The position numbers were made by a program, and so were the translations under genes. Under the pieces are notes generated by a model. That model was not told the origin of the DNA, ran no database searches, and saw only the letters and a program-made list of their open reading frames with translations. Below, piece after piece: positions 40,251-50,936 of a DNA stretch of 64,000 nucleotides. The stretch is from Massalongia carnosa (lineage: Eukaryota). Numbering within the stretch: position 1 is the first letter of the stretch; each line of letters opens with the position of its first letter. The DNA lies in NCBI GenBank assembly GCA_965645245.1, contig OZ287068.1, positions 3,162,001-3,226,000 of the forward strand, read 5' to 3'.

Positions 40251-40595
40251 ACCTTGACGTCCTTTTATCTATCAGGAGAGGCCGTATCTCAGGAACACTT
40301 GCAAAAGCTTTATTAGCAATGTGCGATGATAGCTCGTTGGGTTTTCAGCAGGAAGAAATTATGTTAACGTAAGCGAAAGCCCTTTTCTTTGGCAAGGGCT
40401 CGTGCATATTTCTCAATCGACAGCTAAGTGGAAAAGACACACGGGCTGGCCTCTTTCGGACGGCACATCAGAACGTCATGTATACGCTCTGAGGCTCTGG
40501 CCTGACGTCCTCGAATGGATCTGATGAATCTTACTTCGACGCATGATAAACGCCGCTCACTGTTGTGGCGCCAATCTTTGCAGCAATCTGAAAAA

Positions 40596-42305
40596 TCACT
40601 TAATTCGAAATCTGACACCATTGGCATACCTCTTCGGCTCAGCAATCAGCATATCGCTATAGATGTCCACATCCTCCCTAGTCGTCTCATACACTTCCAG
40701 AGTGACTCTTGTGCAGATCGAAGCCATCATAATATACAACTCTGCCCAAGCGAGACTGTAGCACCGTTGGTATGAGATCTCCAGGAGCAAGATATGGGGG
40801 GGGGGGGGGGGGAAGGCTGTCCGGCCTTGAACCAGAGTACCTCAAGATCGGAATTCAGGATGAACTTACTTGATGCCAGCACATTGTCTCGAGCCTCTTG
40901 AGAATGGCACCAGATACTTTTCCATGCGCTGCCCCTTGATCGGATCGAGCCAACGCTCGGGAATGAACTCCAACGGCTGCGGGTAGATATCGGGGTTCTG
41001 GTGAATCAGTGTGGACGTCATGCCTACCGGCGTCCCCTTCGGAATCTCCCAGTCACGGAAATAGATACTACGGTCGGGCGCGACACGAGCAAGACGGGTA
41101 GATACGCCGTTACTAAGTCGCAGACTTTCCTTGATCACGGCCGTTAGATACGGGAGCTGTTCGAGCTGCTGTAGATTTGCGGGCTGGTGGGGATCCGACA
41201 TTATTGATCTGATCTCGGCTCGAAGCCTTTCCATTTTCTTCGGCTGCACTGCAAGGTGGTACATGGCCACGGTGAGCGTCCACGCTGTGGTAACTGCTCC
41301 AGCGCCAAGGATGGCCGCTGCCTCTCCTTGTAAACGTTTCGGCGTTTTTTCCGGCGGCGGCAAATCGGAGTGAATTATCTCATAGAAGATGGTCGGGTGC
41401 ATCTTTACCTCGTACTTCTTACCATCGGTCTCGCTCAACATTCTTTCGGCAATCGCGTAGCAGTTTTTGAAGAAATCCAGTAACAACTTCGACCTTGGGT
41501 TCATCCAAAGAACCAACCTGTCAGGCAAGCTGTTCATGATATCAATCAAAGGTGGGAACATCTTCTGCATGTAGCCTAGCTCTCCGAACGCTCGCTCCAA
41601 CTCGCGGAAGTCGCTACTCCACCCGGGATTATTAAGATAGCCGAAGCTCGTGTCAAGAGAATACTCGGTGATGACATCCATGGTGAATGCATCAAAGGCG
41701 CACTCTAGCGGTACCACCTCGTCGGTGCCTCTGCAGTTTTCCAATTTGGTGCAAAGCTTGTCGGCCAACTGTTGTATGATGGGCTGTAGTGCGGCCACTT
41801 TCAGCTTGGAGAAGAAAGGGTTGATGGCCGCTCGCCGCATGCGGTGGAGATCGTGGTCAACGGTGCCGAACCCAGCGACGGTATTCCCGAATGAGTTCAC
41901 GTAGAAGGGGTTCTTCTCCCACTTGCCTTCCCGGTTATAGAGGCTGTCGTAATAGTCCGGATCGTTGATATGGAGCTCAGCAGGGCTGATTCGAATGATC
42001 GGTCCTGGAAAATTGGGGTAAAGCGACATGGCTTTAGCATATGCATTGAGGGGGAAACTTTGGTGGCACTGACCGTATTCAGCATGCAGGTCTCTGATCT
42101 TGAAGGTGTATTTGCCCCTTTTCACGACGTCGTAGTACCCTTCGAATAAGTACGTCGCCGCAGCCAGTTTTGGTCCTGGAAACTTCGCAATCGGGCTCAA
42201 GTATAGCCGGTAAACCACAAGACCGGCGAGGTAGAGGAGGGAGACAATGAGAAAAGCGGTTGCGAGTACGACGCTGCGCCCGCAAAGAGTAATAGTCTCA
42301 AACAT
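40596..42305 (-). CDS. Cytochrome P450 monooxygenase (secondary-metabolism type, TRI4/CYP58-like)
   Basis: PIAKFPGPKLAA, I-helix GAGAVTT, ESLR (ExxR), FIPERW, heme motif FSRGSRQCAG; last exon LAWAELY...RFRIK*. Confidence 0.93.
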
Positions 42306-42685
42306 CACGGCTTTACAGCTGTAGGTAATGCAAATACTTATCGCAAAAGAAGTGTCGATATCGTGCTGTTTAGTTAGAAGCATCAACTGGTTGAGACAAT
42401 GATGGATGGCATCTCGACCAGTTACCCCTCACTCGAGCAAGCACAGGTCTGATAAGAACGGCCGATACTGATGGCGCGATTTTAGGCTCTGTCATATTGC
42501 TCCCCCGTGCTCTCCCATGCCCTCGGTGCTCTTTCGCTGCTCCCTCTAAAGCGGCCCTACTCCCTTTCCCAAACGGAAACGGCAATCCCAAATCCTAAGT
42601 TCGGGATGTATATAATAAATACATATATCTACGAAGTACACAAACACCATTGTTTACGGATAGATTGTAAGTAGCTTAGATAACT

Positions 42686-43007
42686 TACCCAGTCATGTCC
42701 TGCGCGTTTTCGACCCATTTTTTAGACCCGCTGGCACGCGCACGACAGAAAAAGGCGGACACCAAAATAAGCGAATATCATCAAATTTGAAGCTGCTATC
42801 ATCTGCAAACCGATTGCCACTTAGTCATCTTATCATTCGTTTCGCCTTGGTAGGAGTCAGTATTTTTAGTGATTCGTGACTCTAAAACAGGCTTCATTGC
42901 TTATAAAGAATTGATAAATGTGTGCATGTACGATGAAAAATTAAGGTGTGAGTGTTGCGGGGGAATTTTGGTGTCCGCCTGTTTCTGTCACGCGCAGTGG
43001 CTGGGTA
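42686..43007. mobile_element. MITE-like non-coding relic with inverted repeats
   Basis: GACAGAAAAAGGCGGACACCAAAAT (42744-42768) is the reverse complement of 42965-42989 with one mismatch; outer ends TACCCAG / CTGGGTA. Confidence 0.6.
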
Positions 43008-43331
43008 CAAAGGCTAGTCCTAAAAACCGCTTAACGTTCGGCAGGAAGCCATTGTGGCTAATTAGCAATTTCCCAGCTTACGACCCCAAATAAGACAAGA
43101 GCCGCACACACCGCATGTCACGGTAGGAGTCCAATGATCCTATCCATGTGGTGGAACAGTGTTTTGCTATCGACTATACTACATGATAATCTGATGAAAC
43201 GAACACAAGGAGGAAAACAGTAACTGCTCGCAGCCTATAACTCCTGAAAAGGGACACTAAGCCCAACTCGGTAAGCTCGCAGTCTAACCACAACAATCAT
43301 CCGCCGGCACTAAACCTGTAGGGCTTCATGT

Positions 43332-43769
43332 TGTCAAGGACTGGGTTAGGGATTGAACTAATGTTCCTAAGACTGGGATTGGGTGATCAAGATGTCTTTA
43401 TTAATGAAGCTATAGCTAGGGGATGGTTTGCTATACAAGACGTCGGACGAGGAGTCAACTATCTACAGGATATGTCCTCTTTTTATACCTGAGCCAGCCC
43501 CTTCTTTCTCATGTTTTACCTTCACCCTAGATGAGAGATTTTGGTGATGGTGGCGGCGATAAGGTGGAGCAATAAGTGGGCCCGTGGATGTGATCGTTCT
43601 AGCGATAAGAGGGTATAGTGGAGTGAGGAGATTGGTGGAGTGGAGTAAGGGGTTTATTCAGACTCATACCGAGGATGAATCTGAATAGGCTTTCAGGTGG
43701 CTTTTACCTCGATCGCCGCTTGACGGTTCGGTAATCATTAGGTTTTAACTCAAACTTTATTTCATGACA
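43332..43769. mobile_element. Solo LTR, family A copy 1
   Basis: TGTCA...TGACA termini, 5-bp TSD CATGT (43327-43331 / 43770-43774); homologous to 57696-58143. Confidence 0.92.
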
Positions 43770-44964
43770 CATGTAATGTACGAAGGATGACGCTGAAAGT
43801 CCTTGCTAACGCTAAATATGCAGCTAAAAAAGCCACTTTACATGGGTATATTTGCATGGATAGATATTTATTACATATCAATCAATCGAATAATCGCATG
43901 AAACTATTTAGAGTTACCACCTCCATCATCTTTATCACTCACATTCATCGCTGTCAGTGCTTTTTCGTTTGAGATGAGCGCGATGATATCGAAAACGGCG
44001 ATCTTCTTTATTATACGGTCGTACGACTCCGATCTCTCTACCTTCTCTATACTCGTTACCTCCGTCCAACAATATCACCTCGTCAACATGTCGCTTTATA
44101 CGTTCAATCCAGGACTGAATTCTTTTCTGCCTCAACTCCTCCGTCCAGCACTTTGTCCAGGTCTTTTCAGCCTCAATACGAGTCCGCGGAGCACCTAATC
44201 GAGTGGTTCTTCGCTTCATCCAGAACCAACAAGGCTCGATCATGTTCAGATCAGGAGAATTTCCAGGCCATAACAGACGCATGACGTTGAAATCCATAAA
44301 GATCAGATTTTGATGTTTGGATGCGTGACTGGGGACCTTGTCTTCCTGTACGATAGTGTTTGGTCGATCTATCATACATTCTTTTGCAAACGGAAGAAGC
44401 TTAGGAATTAAGACGAGTTTTGATAACGATACCAGTCCACACCTCCCTTGCCATCTCGAACGACTTTACCGTGTGTTTTATCCCATTTCCAGATAGGTTT
44501 TCGACCTCCTGGATTACGTAGCTTCATTCGTCTCATGCTGGTTTCTAACTCCCAATTCTCTTTAGCTTCTGATTCTAAAGTCTCATTGAGTTTATCTAAC
44601 TCAATTTGAGCCTCTCTTTTCTCTTTTGCAGTCTCTGTTTTCCAGATATGAAAAGGGCCTTTCTTTTCGTACGAAAAACAGCCCCAAAACAAAAACTCGG
44701 AGCATCCTTTCCATCTACGTCGAATACACGTTTTAGCATACATTTCTTTCGAGGTACGCCACTAAGTCTTCTTCCACGTCTAGAACCCAATATAATGCTT
44801 GTTTCGTCAGTCCATATAACGTTCTTCCAATCATCAATAGTCCAGTGCTGATATCGCAAACAAAATTACAGACGAGCCTCTTTCATGATCGAATCTAGAC
44901 CTGGCTTTTTCGTGCTTTTACAGGGGCGAAACCCATTCTGTTTAAGCGTACGAAGTATAGTAGT

Positions 44965-45994
44965 TGTAATACGGATGGCGCTAGAGGGATACGTGATCGC
45001 CTATGGCGGTTGCGGATTAACTAGCGTGGACCATGCCGTAGTATGAAGTCGCATAAGCCGTCGAGGCTGACACACTGCCATCTTGCCCCGAAACTTCGGA
45101 GTTATTGTTATCACGTTCTTGACTACTTACAGATCAAACACCTGTCGAGGCCGTGGTGGTAGATTGCCATGGAGTGTAAGGCGGACTCCTGTGGAGACGC
45201 CGAGGAACTCTATATGGAATCTACTGGCCTACTCGGAGCTACTGGATCTCTTGATGGTTCAAGAGAGGTAGCAGGGGGCACGGCTCGCTGGACGCAGCTT
45301 GAGTATGGCCTCCCCGGTGTAAACTTCAGCTTCAACCTTTATTACTACGTTGGTAGTGATGTCGGCTGAATGAACCTACATGACCTCGTTGTCTAGACCT
45401 TGTGTCTAGAGGCAGGTCCGCAGTGTAGCGAGGTATTCAGTCGGAGGTAACCTTCCATCACTAGGTAGTGGTGACGGCGAAATGAAGCTACATAGCCTGA
45501 GGCATGTAGTGAGGGATCTAGCCGGGGGTAGAATTGTTCTACCTTGCAAGGGAAGATCTAGAAGGCTGCTCGAGGCTGACTAGATGATCCAGCGAACGCC
45601 GAGTTCGTGGATGGATCCTGAGGGATGGTTGGATGTAATGCGATAAAGTCGGATGTGGATTGCAAGGCTGTAAGGCTCGCAAGGCTCCCAAGGCTTGCAA
45701 GGCTCCTAAGGTTCCAAGGCTCCCAAGGCTATAGGCTTGGGGTGAGTAGGATAAATATCAGAACGAATCTTGTAGTATTCGTTAGCAATTAGTCTTTATT
45801 CTATGAACAACCTACGTTTGGGTCTCGGACGAGATCTCTTGGTCTGAGCACTTCCACATCCATTAGTTCTTTGGATCACATATACTCTCGGAGACCAGCA
45901 CGTAGTAGCTATCTTCCTCCTCTCACGCTGAGCATTTCCCCTTTCGAGATCAGTGTCGCTCGTGATAAGCTTACTGGTCTCGTAGCCCATTACA
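44965..45994. mobile_element. Solo LTR, family B (~1 kb), inserted in Tc1-A
   Basis: TGTAAT...ATTACA termini, TSD GTAGT (44960-44964 / 45995-45999); internal CAAGGCT-type tandem repeats ~45663-45735. Confidence 0.9.
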
Positions 45995-46080
45995 GTAGTG
46001 GAGGAGAGTTTATGATCAAAGCCAATCATAGCTGATGATTTTTCTCTGCTATTTCGATCTTGCACTACATTATCCAATAT

Positions 46081-48246
46081 CCCTCTCGCTGTCATTCTAG
46101 CACCCCCCCCCAAGCTAAACCATTGTTGGTTAGAAAGCGCTAAACCTTAAACTTTTGACCAATCAATGTTATTCCTATTCACAAGAAGTTGTACGGAGTA
46201 TCAGATACCTATTTACTCGTCCCCTATCATATGAATAGCTTCCCAACAGCTGGCTTTCTTACAGCAGGGCCTGATTGGATTACATCCTCCACAAGCCCAT
46301 ATAGTCTGAGCACCCCTTCGCCTTCTTTTACGCCCATCGACACTTATTTCAGCCAGTGGCTCTCCCTTCCGCTTTGAAGGTCGTTTTTTCTCGGCGTTAC
46401 ATTGCACACATCTTTTTCTGCCTTCAAGACGAACGTAATGATGAATGGGAGATGGTACTAAAGCATCAATCGTGGTATTGATGCTTATCTTTGATGAGCC
46501 GGGCCTGATGCCCGCTTGATTTGATATCAGTTCAAGAGCAATCCGACGAAGAAATTCAGAACGAGTAAATTTTATCTCCTCGGAATCGAAAGAGTTCAGC
46601 GAGTAAAGTTTATAGGCATTCAATCCGGCTGCATCTAAAATAAAAATGAACAAAGGCCACCAGTAACGATCCGTTCGACGATTGTATGAGTAAATCGCTC
46701 GTTGCTGAGCGTTTCCATCCGATCCCCGCATATGAAGATTATATTCTTTGATTGGGGCTGGTATCGGTAATCCTAAGGGCCGTTGAACCTCTTGATTGAG
46801 CAAGGGAATGGAGTGAGCCAGAGTTGATGGGAAATACGATACAATAGGTTGAAGAGAGGTCTCGGGAATTCCATATCTCTTGTGCGGATTTATATAGTGC
46901 ATTTCGTACAAGTCCTGAGGAGAATGACCGGTGGTCATGTACTGCACACCATTATTATCCACCCAGCCCATACAAAGCACCTTATCGTCGACCACCATAT
47001 GGGCCTGAAGACCCCAGTCTTTTCCTTTTGAAGTGACGTCCCGTATGGCCAACAATTCTTCTGGAAAGCCCGAGCCCTTTTTAGCAGTTCCACTGGCAGC
47101 TATTCCGATTGATCGAAGTGCCTTGAATAATTTCGTACTAGTAAAGAAATTATCACAGAAAAGATGATAATTCAGTGAGGATGGAAGTTCTTTACATAAC
47201 TGAATCACTAGCAAAGCACTAGGAGTTAGTTTATCTTTTGGCAAAAATCCCAATTGTCTGACTGTTTTCAATTCACTTATTCTGCTACTCTTCGAGGCAA
47301 ACATAAATGACAACAGATAATTATCCTGACAGAGACTGTAGATTTTAAATCCTTTATGGGCACTTTTTGTAGTAATCTGCAAGGTATGTCGAGAACGGCC
47401 CTTGAATAACACCAGCTGTTCATCTATAGATATCATACTTCCTGGTCTGCAATGTTTCAATGAAGTCTTTCGGAAATCAGTAGCCAACGGTTCCAGTTTC
47501 TTCCACCAATCAGGTCCTTGACCAAGTCCGATAGGCTCAGTCTGTCCATTATTGATTTTCAAAAATCGTTTGATTTGTTGAAATCGACCAAGCGACATCG
47601 CGGACAGAATAGGCATGATAACTGGTTTGTCAGGACGTTGATTCCAATAATCCTCTGTAGCAGGTAGATGATCGAGTCCCATAAGAATTAATATGCCCAA
47701 AAAAACCTCAATTTCCGAGTCAGTAGTGTCAGTCCAAACCCGATGATTGTTCTCCTTCTCCTTTTCCATGTAGTTATTTGCCTTGATATTGGTATGATTT
47801 GCGATGATACGACAATGCTGCCTTGTTATAAATAACCGAAATAATCCCAAAGGATTTCGAGAATCGTTTTCAACGAGCGGAACAAAAGGCCTGTTTTCAA
47901 CCCGAATGGGGGTATATTTTGAGGAAATAGGGGGAAGGTCGATTAAAATATCCCGAACACTTCTTTTGCGATTTATTTTATGTTGCTTCGCTGAAATGGG
48001 AGATTTGTCTGATACACTCGGGATTTCTTCTTCATTGAGCGTCATAATTATAATATCAATTCCGAAGCTAGAAGAATAGTAATTTATGTGATTTATTTTG
48101 ATTGAATGACCGAATAGTATTCTTTGAAAAGTAAACAAACGCGCAAACACTATAGAGAAAACTAATGTTCTGATGACTCATCGGTGCGGAAGCTAGTCCA
48201 ATATAGATTAGCTTGGGAGGGGGGTGCTAGAATGACAGCGAGAGGG
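46081..48246 (-). mobile_element. piggyBac-like DNA transposon inserted in Tc1-A
   Basis: Perfect TIR CCCTCTCGCTGTCATTCTAGCACCCCC at both ends; single long ORF. Confidence 0.93.
46213..48045 (-). CDS. piggyBac-like transposase (DDE_Tnp_1_7), uninterrupted
   Basis: SIDEQ, FCDNFFTS, YNLHMRGSD catalytic region; WWPLFIFILD; C-terminal Cys-rich domain CVQC...CGGC...CC...CWEAIH. Confidence 0.92.
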   Translation of the reverse strand: MTLNEEEIPSVSDKSPISAKQHKINRKRSVRDILIDLPPISSKYTPIRVENRPFVPLVENDSRNPLGLFRLFITRQHCRIIANHTNIKANNYMEKEKENNHRVWTDTTDSEIEVFLGILILMGLDHLPATEDYWNQRPDKPVIMPILSAMSLGRFQQIKRFLKINNGQTEPIGLGQGPDWWKKLEPLATDFRKTSLKHCRPGSMISIDEQLVLFKGRSRHTLQITTKSAHKGFKIYSLCQDNYLLSFMFASKSSRISELKTVRQLGFLPKDKLTPSALLVIQLCKELPSSLNYHLFCDNFFTSTKLFKALRSIGIAASGTAKKGSGFPEELLAIRDVTSKGKDWGLQAHMVVDDKVLCMGWVDNNGVQYMTTGHSPQDLYEMHYINPHKRYGIPETSLQPIVSYFPSTLAHSIPLLNQEVQRPLGLPIPAPIKEYNLHMRGSDGNAQQRAIYSYNRRTDRYWWPLFIFILDAAGLNAYKLYSLNSFDSEEIKFTRSEFLRRIALELISNQAGIRPGSSKISINTTIDALVPSPIHHYVRLEGRKRCVQCNAEKKRPSKRKGEPLAEISVDGRKRRRRGAQTIWACGGCNPIRPCCKKASCWEAIHMIGDE

Positions 48247-48298
48247 ATAGCTTGCTCTACCTCCGGTGTAACCTTTTTGGGTCGTCCTGAACGAGGTG

Positions 48299-49855
48299 TG
48301 TCACGGATTACACCGCTCTAACCTCAGGCAACACATGACGTAGTGCTATTCACCTTATCTAACCGAAAACGGATCTAGCACTGCCTGTAGTGACATTATC
48401 AATACACCTACGCCGGGGGGTTATTTGTTAGGGAGGTACAAAGCAGGGGGGGGGAGACAGGGGGGAAGACAGGGATTATTTTAGATCGGGCGCAATAAAG
48501 TTGACTAATCAAACTTCTTTAAAATTTGGTATGCTTTCCTTCGGCATCAATAACTGCCTGACATCGCTCCATTATGGACTCGATCAGCTCATTTAACTGA
48601 TCAGCACCGACCGCATCCCATGCCTCCCTCACTGCCTGACGTAGTTGATCGTAGGACAGTTTGTCTTCATTTCCATAGTGCATCTGAATCCAATTTTTCA
48701 TGATTTCCCATACAGTTTCTATAGGGTTCAAGTCAGGCGAGAATGGGGGCCATAGAATAGTCGAAATATCGCGTTCTTGAAGTTCCTGAATAGTAAAATT
48801 TGCTGCATGACCAGGCGCGTTGTCTTGCATGAATTGTAGCTCCGGATGCATACGTATCCAACCATGTACAAGAGGCACTATACGCTCGCAGTATGATTCC
48901 TTATTGATAGTCCCCCAAATCCTTCTCCCAAAAGAGACATGGCCCTTTTTGTATACCCGCAAAGCAGCCCCAAAACATCCATCCGCCTTGTCGTCTCAAA
49001 CGAGGAACAATACAGGTAGGGTCCAACTCTTCATGAGCTCGTCTGGTTACCCATACGCGTTGATGACGCGTGCCGTTGACCCAAGTCTCGTCGCTCCACA
49101 GTATAGAATTCCATTGCTCTTTCGTCCAGTTTAAATGCTCCAATGCCCATTCCAATCGTCGCAGGCGATTTACTTCGGAAATCGGAGGTTTGCTACGAGC
49201 AATGCGTCTCGAAAATCCTTCTTTTTTCAATGCTTTTCGTATAACATCTTCAGAGACATTCCAACCAAGCTTCCAAGCTAGTTGAGCGTAAGAAAGTCGC
49301 CTGTTTTCTGCAGAAGCGCATACGAAATTGATCAACATTTGACGAGCATCGTCACTAATAATGCTGCGTGGGCCGCAATTTTTTTTCTGCGGAGTAGGGC
49401 GACCGGCGGTGCAGGAGTATTGGACTTGACGAATGGTAATGCCCAAATGTTTAGCAATTTGCTCGTATGACCATCCAATTTCTCTTAATGTGGTGACCTG
49501 AATACGCTGGTCTCGCGTTAAATCAGACTGCTTTTTGGGCGTTGAGGGGGGGGGCACTGTTGCTTCCATTCTGAATGATCGAAATGAAATTTCTTTTTGG
49601 GATGAGATGCCTAAGAAGTAAACCTCAAAAGGTTAGCGGATTTTTACCCCTGCATGTACACCACTAACAAATAACCCCCCAGAAAAGGTGTACTCGTGGT
49701 ATAAGCAGTTCAACGACGGTAATGAAAACCTGCATTAGGCTTAGCATGGGTATGAGTGTTTATTAACCGGCGATCTGTACATAGCTTTCTTTCTTCATCT
49801 TACTAGTTTTCGTACATAGTCCCTATTAGATTTCTATCTAGGTCGACGTGCTACA
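48299..49855. mobile_element. Solo LTR, family C (~270 bp), inserted in Tc1-A and split by Tc1-B
   Basis: TG...CA termini, TSD AGGTG (48294-48298 / 49856-49860); removing it restores the Tc1-A peptide EDAP-RSGRPKKV. Confidence 0.85.
48405..49690 (-). mobile_element. Tc1/impala-like DD34E transposon (Tc1-B), one frameshift in the transposase
   Basis: ~45-bp TIRs CACCT....GGGGGGTTATTTGTTAG.G..GTACA..GCAGGGG, TA TSD; ORF 49569-48519 with WSDETW, QDNAPGH, SPDLNPIE; +1 shift near 48920. Confidence 0.93.
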
Positions 49856-50936
49856 AGGTGCATCTTCTATGTATTCTACTTTTAAAACACGAGATACAGT
49901 TGGATCATATCCACGCTGTCGTGCTTTGATTTTGAGAGCTGAAATCGATCTTGTGGAGACTCCAGTCACTTCTTGCACGATTTTCGCCGCAATTCCGTGT
50001 TCTACAAGCGCTAAAGCCTGTATTCTTTGTGCAATCGTGAGACTATTGCTCTGTGCATTGGGCATGATAATGATGATGAATAAAACCTTCTACTGAATAT
50101 CAGATGTAGTAAACAGAAGCAATTCGAGATTTTCTAGACTATTTTAGTACTGTATTCCCCTTGTAAGCTAATAAACACTAATGCACGTCTCAATGTACGC
50201 TAGCATGGACTTTCAGCGTCATCCTTCGTACTCACCGCCTGTTCACTCCACAGGCTGTGGTTAACTAGCGTGATTTTCGAAGCAAGCAGTTCTCACAACT
50301 ATTCTGCCAGAGCCAATGAGCATAAAGCTACTTAGTGGGAAGTCTGACAAACATATTATGTAACTCTTACTCGAGTAAAGGTGACGTCAACCGCAGGCCT
50401 TCTTGACTTTTTTGTTTCAAGTCAAATAAAGGATTTGAGAAATTATCGACCGCGTGTTGATGATATTCAGAACAATTGGATAAGTAGTTCACAGAATGGG
50501 GCCTGTGATGTATACTCTGCTACCAAAATACCCTATTTCTGCGCCCAATCACTAGTTGGCTACTCACCATCGCTTTAATACCAGCATCATATAGTAGAGA
50601 ATCCAACTAGATCACCGAGAGCAAGTTAGGACGCTGCGCATCGTTCTCGCGTGTAGTTTAGTGTTTTTTTACGCCCCTTAAACCAAAAACTCCTTGAAAT
50701 GAAAACTTCATCACGAGAGCGTTGGTGTACTAGTGTTAATTCCCATAGCGAGCAACGCATAAAAGATTAAAACTATGTTATAGCATTACATCCGTATACA
50801 AACAACTTTACTTGAAGAACCGTTGGCGCGGTAAATCGGTCGGATTAAGAGATACATACGAGTATATCACACATAGGTCTAGCCACACGAATTACTGGCG
50901 CGCTAGGGATTGAGAGGCAGAATGATTGAGGCTGAC

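Larger units (their letters stand above)
43781..50228 (-). mobile_element. Tc1-like DD34E DNA transposon (Tc1-A), host of nested insertions; transposase disrupted
   Basis: TIRs CGAAGGATGACGCTGAAAGTCC(T/A)TGCTA at both ends with TA TSD; transposase pieces from 50065 (MPNAQSNSLTIAQR) to 43935 with WTDETS, QEDKVPSH, SPDLNMIE. Confidence 0.93.

Noticed and set aside
43116..43331. TGTCACGG start resembling LTR family C
   Set aside because: No matching CA end with TSD found; similarity is limited to 8 bp.
45663..45735. CAAGGCT repeats as a CRISPR-like array
   Set aside because: Units of ~9-10 bp without unique spacers, inside a solo LTR of a eukaryote.
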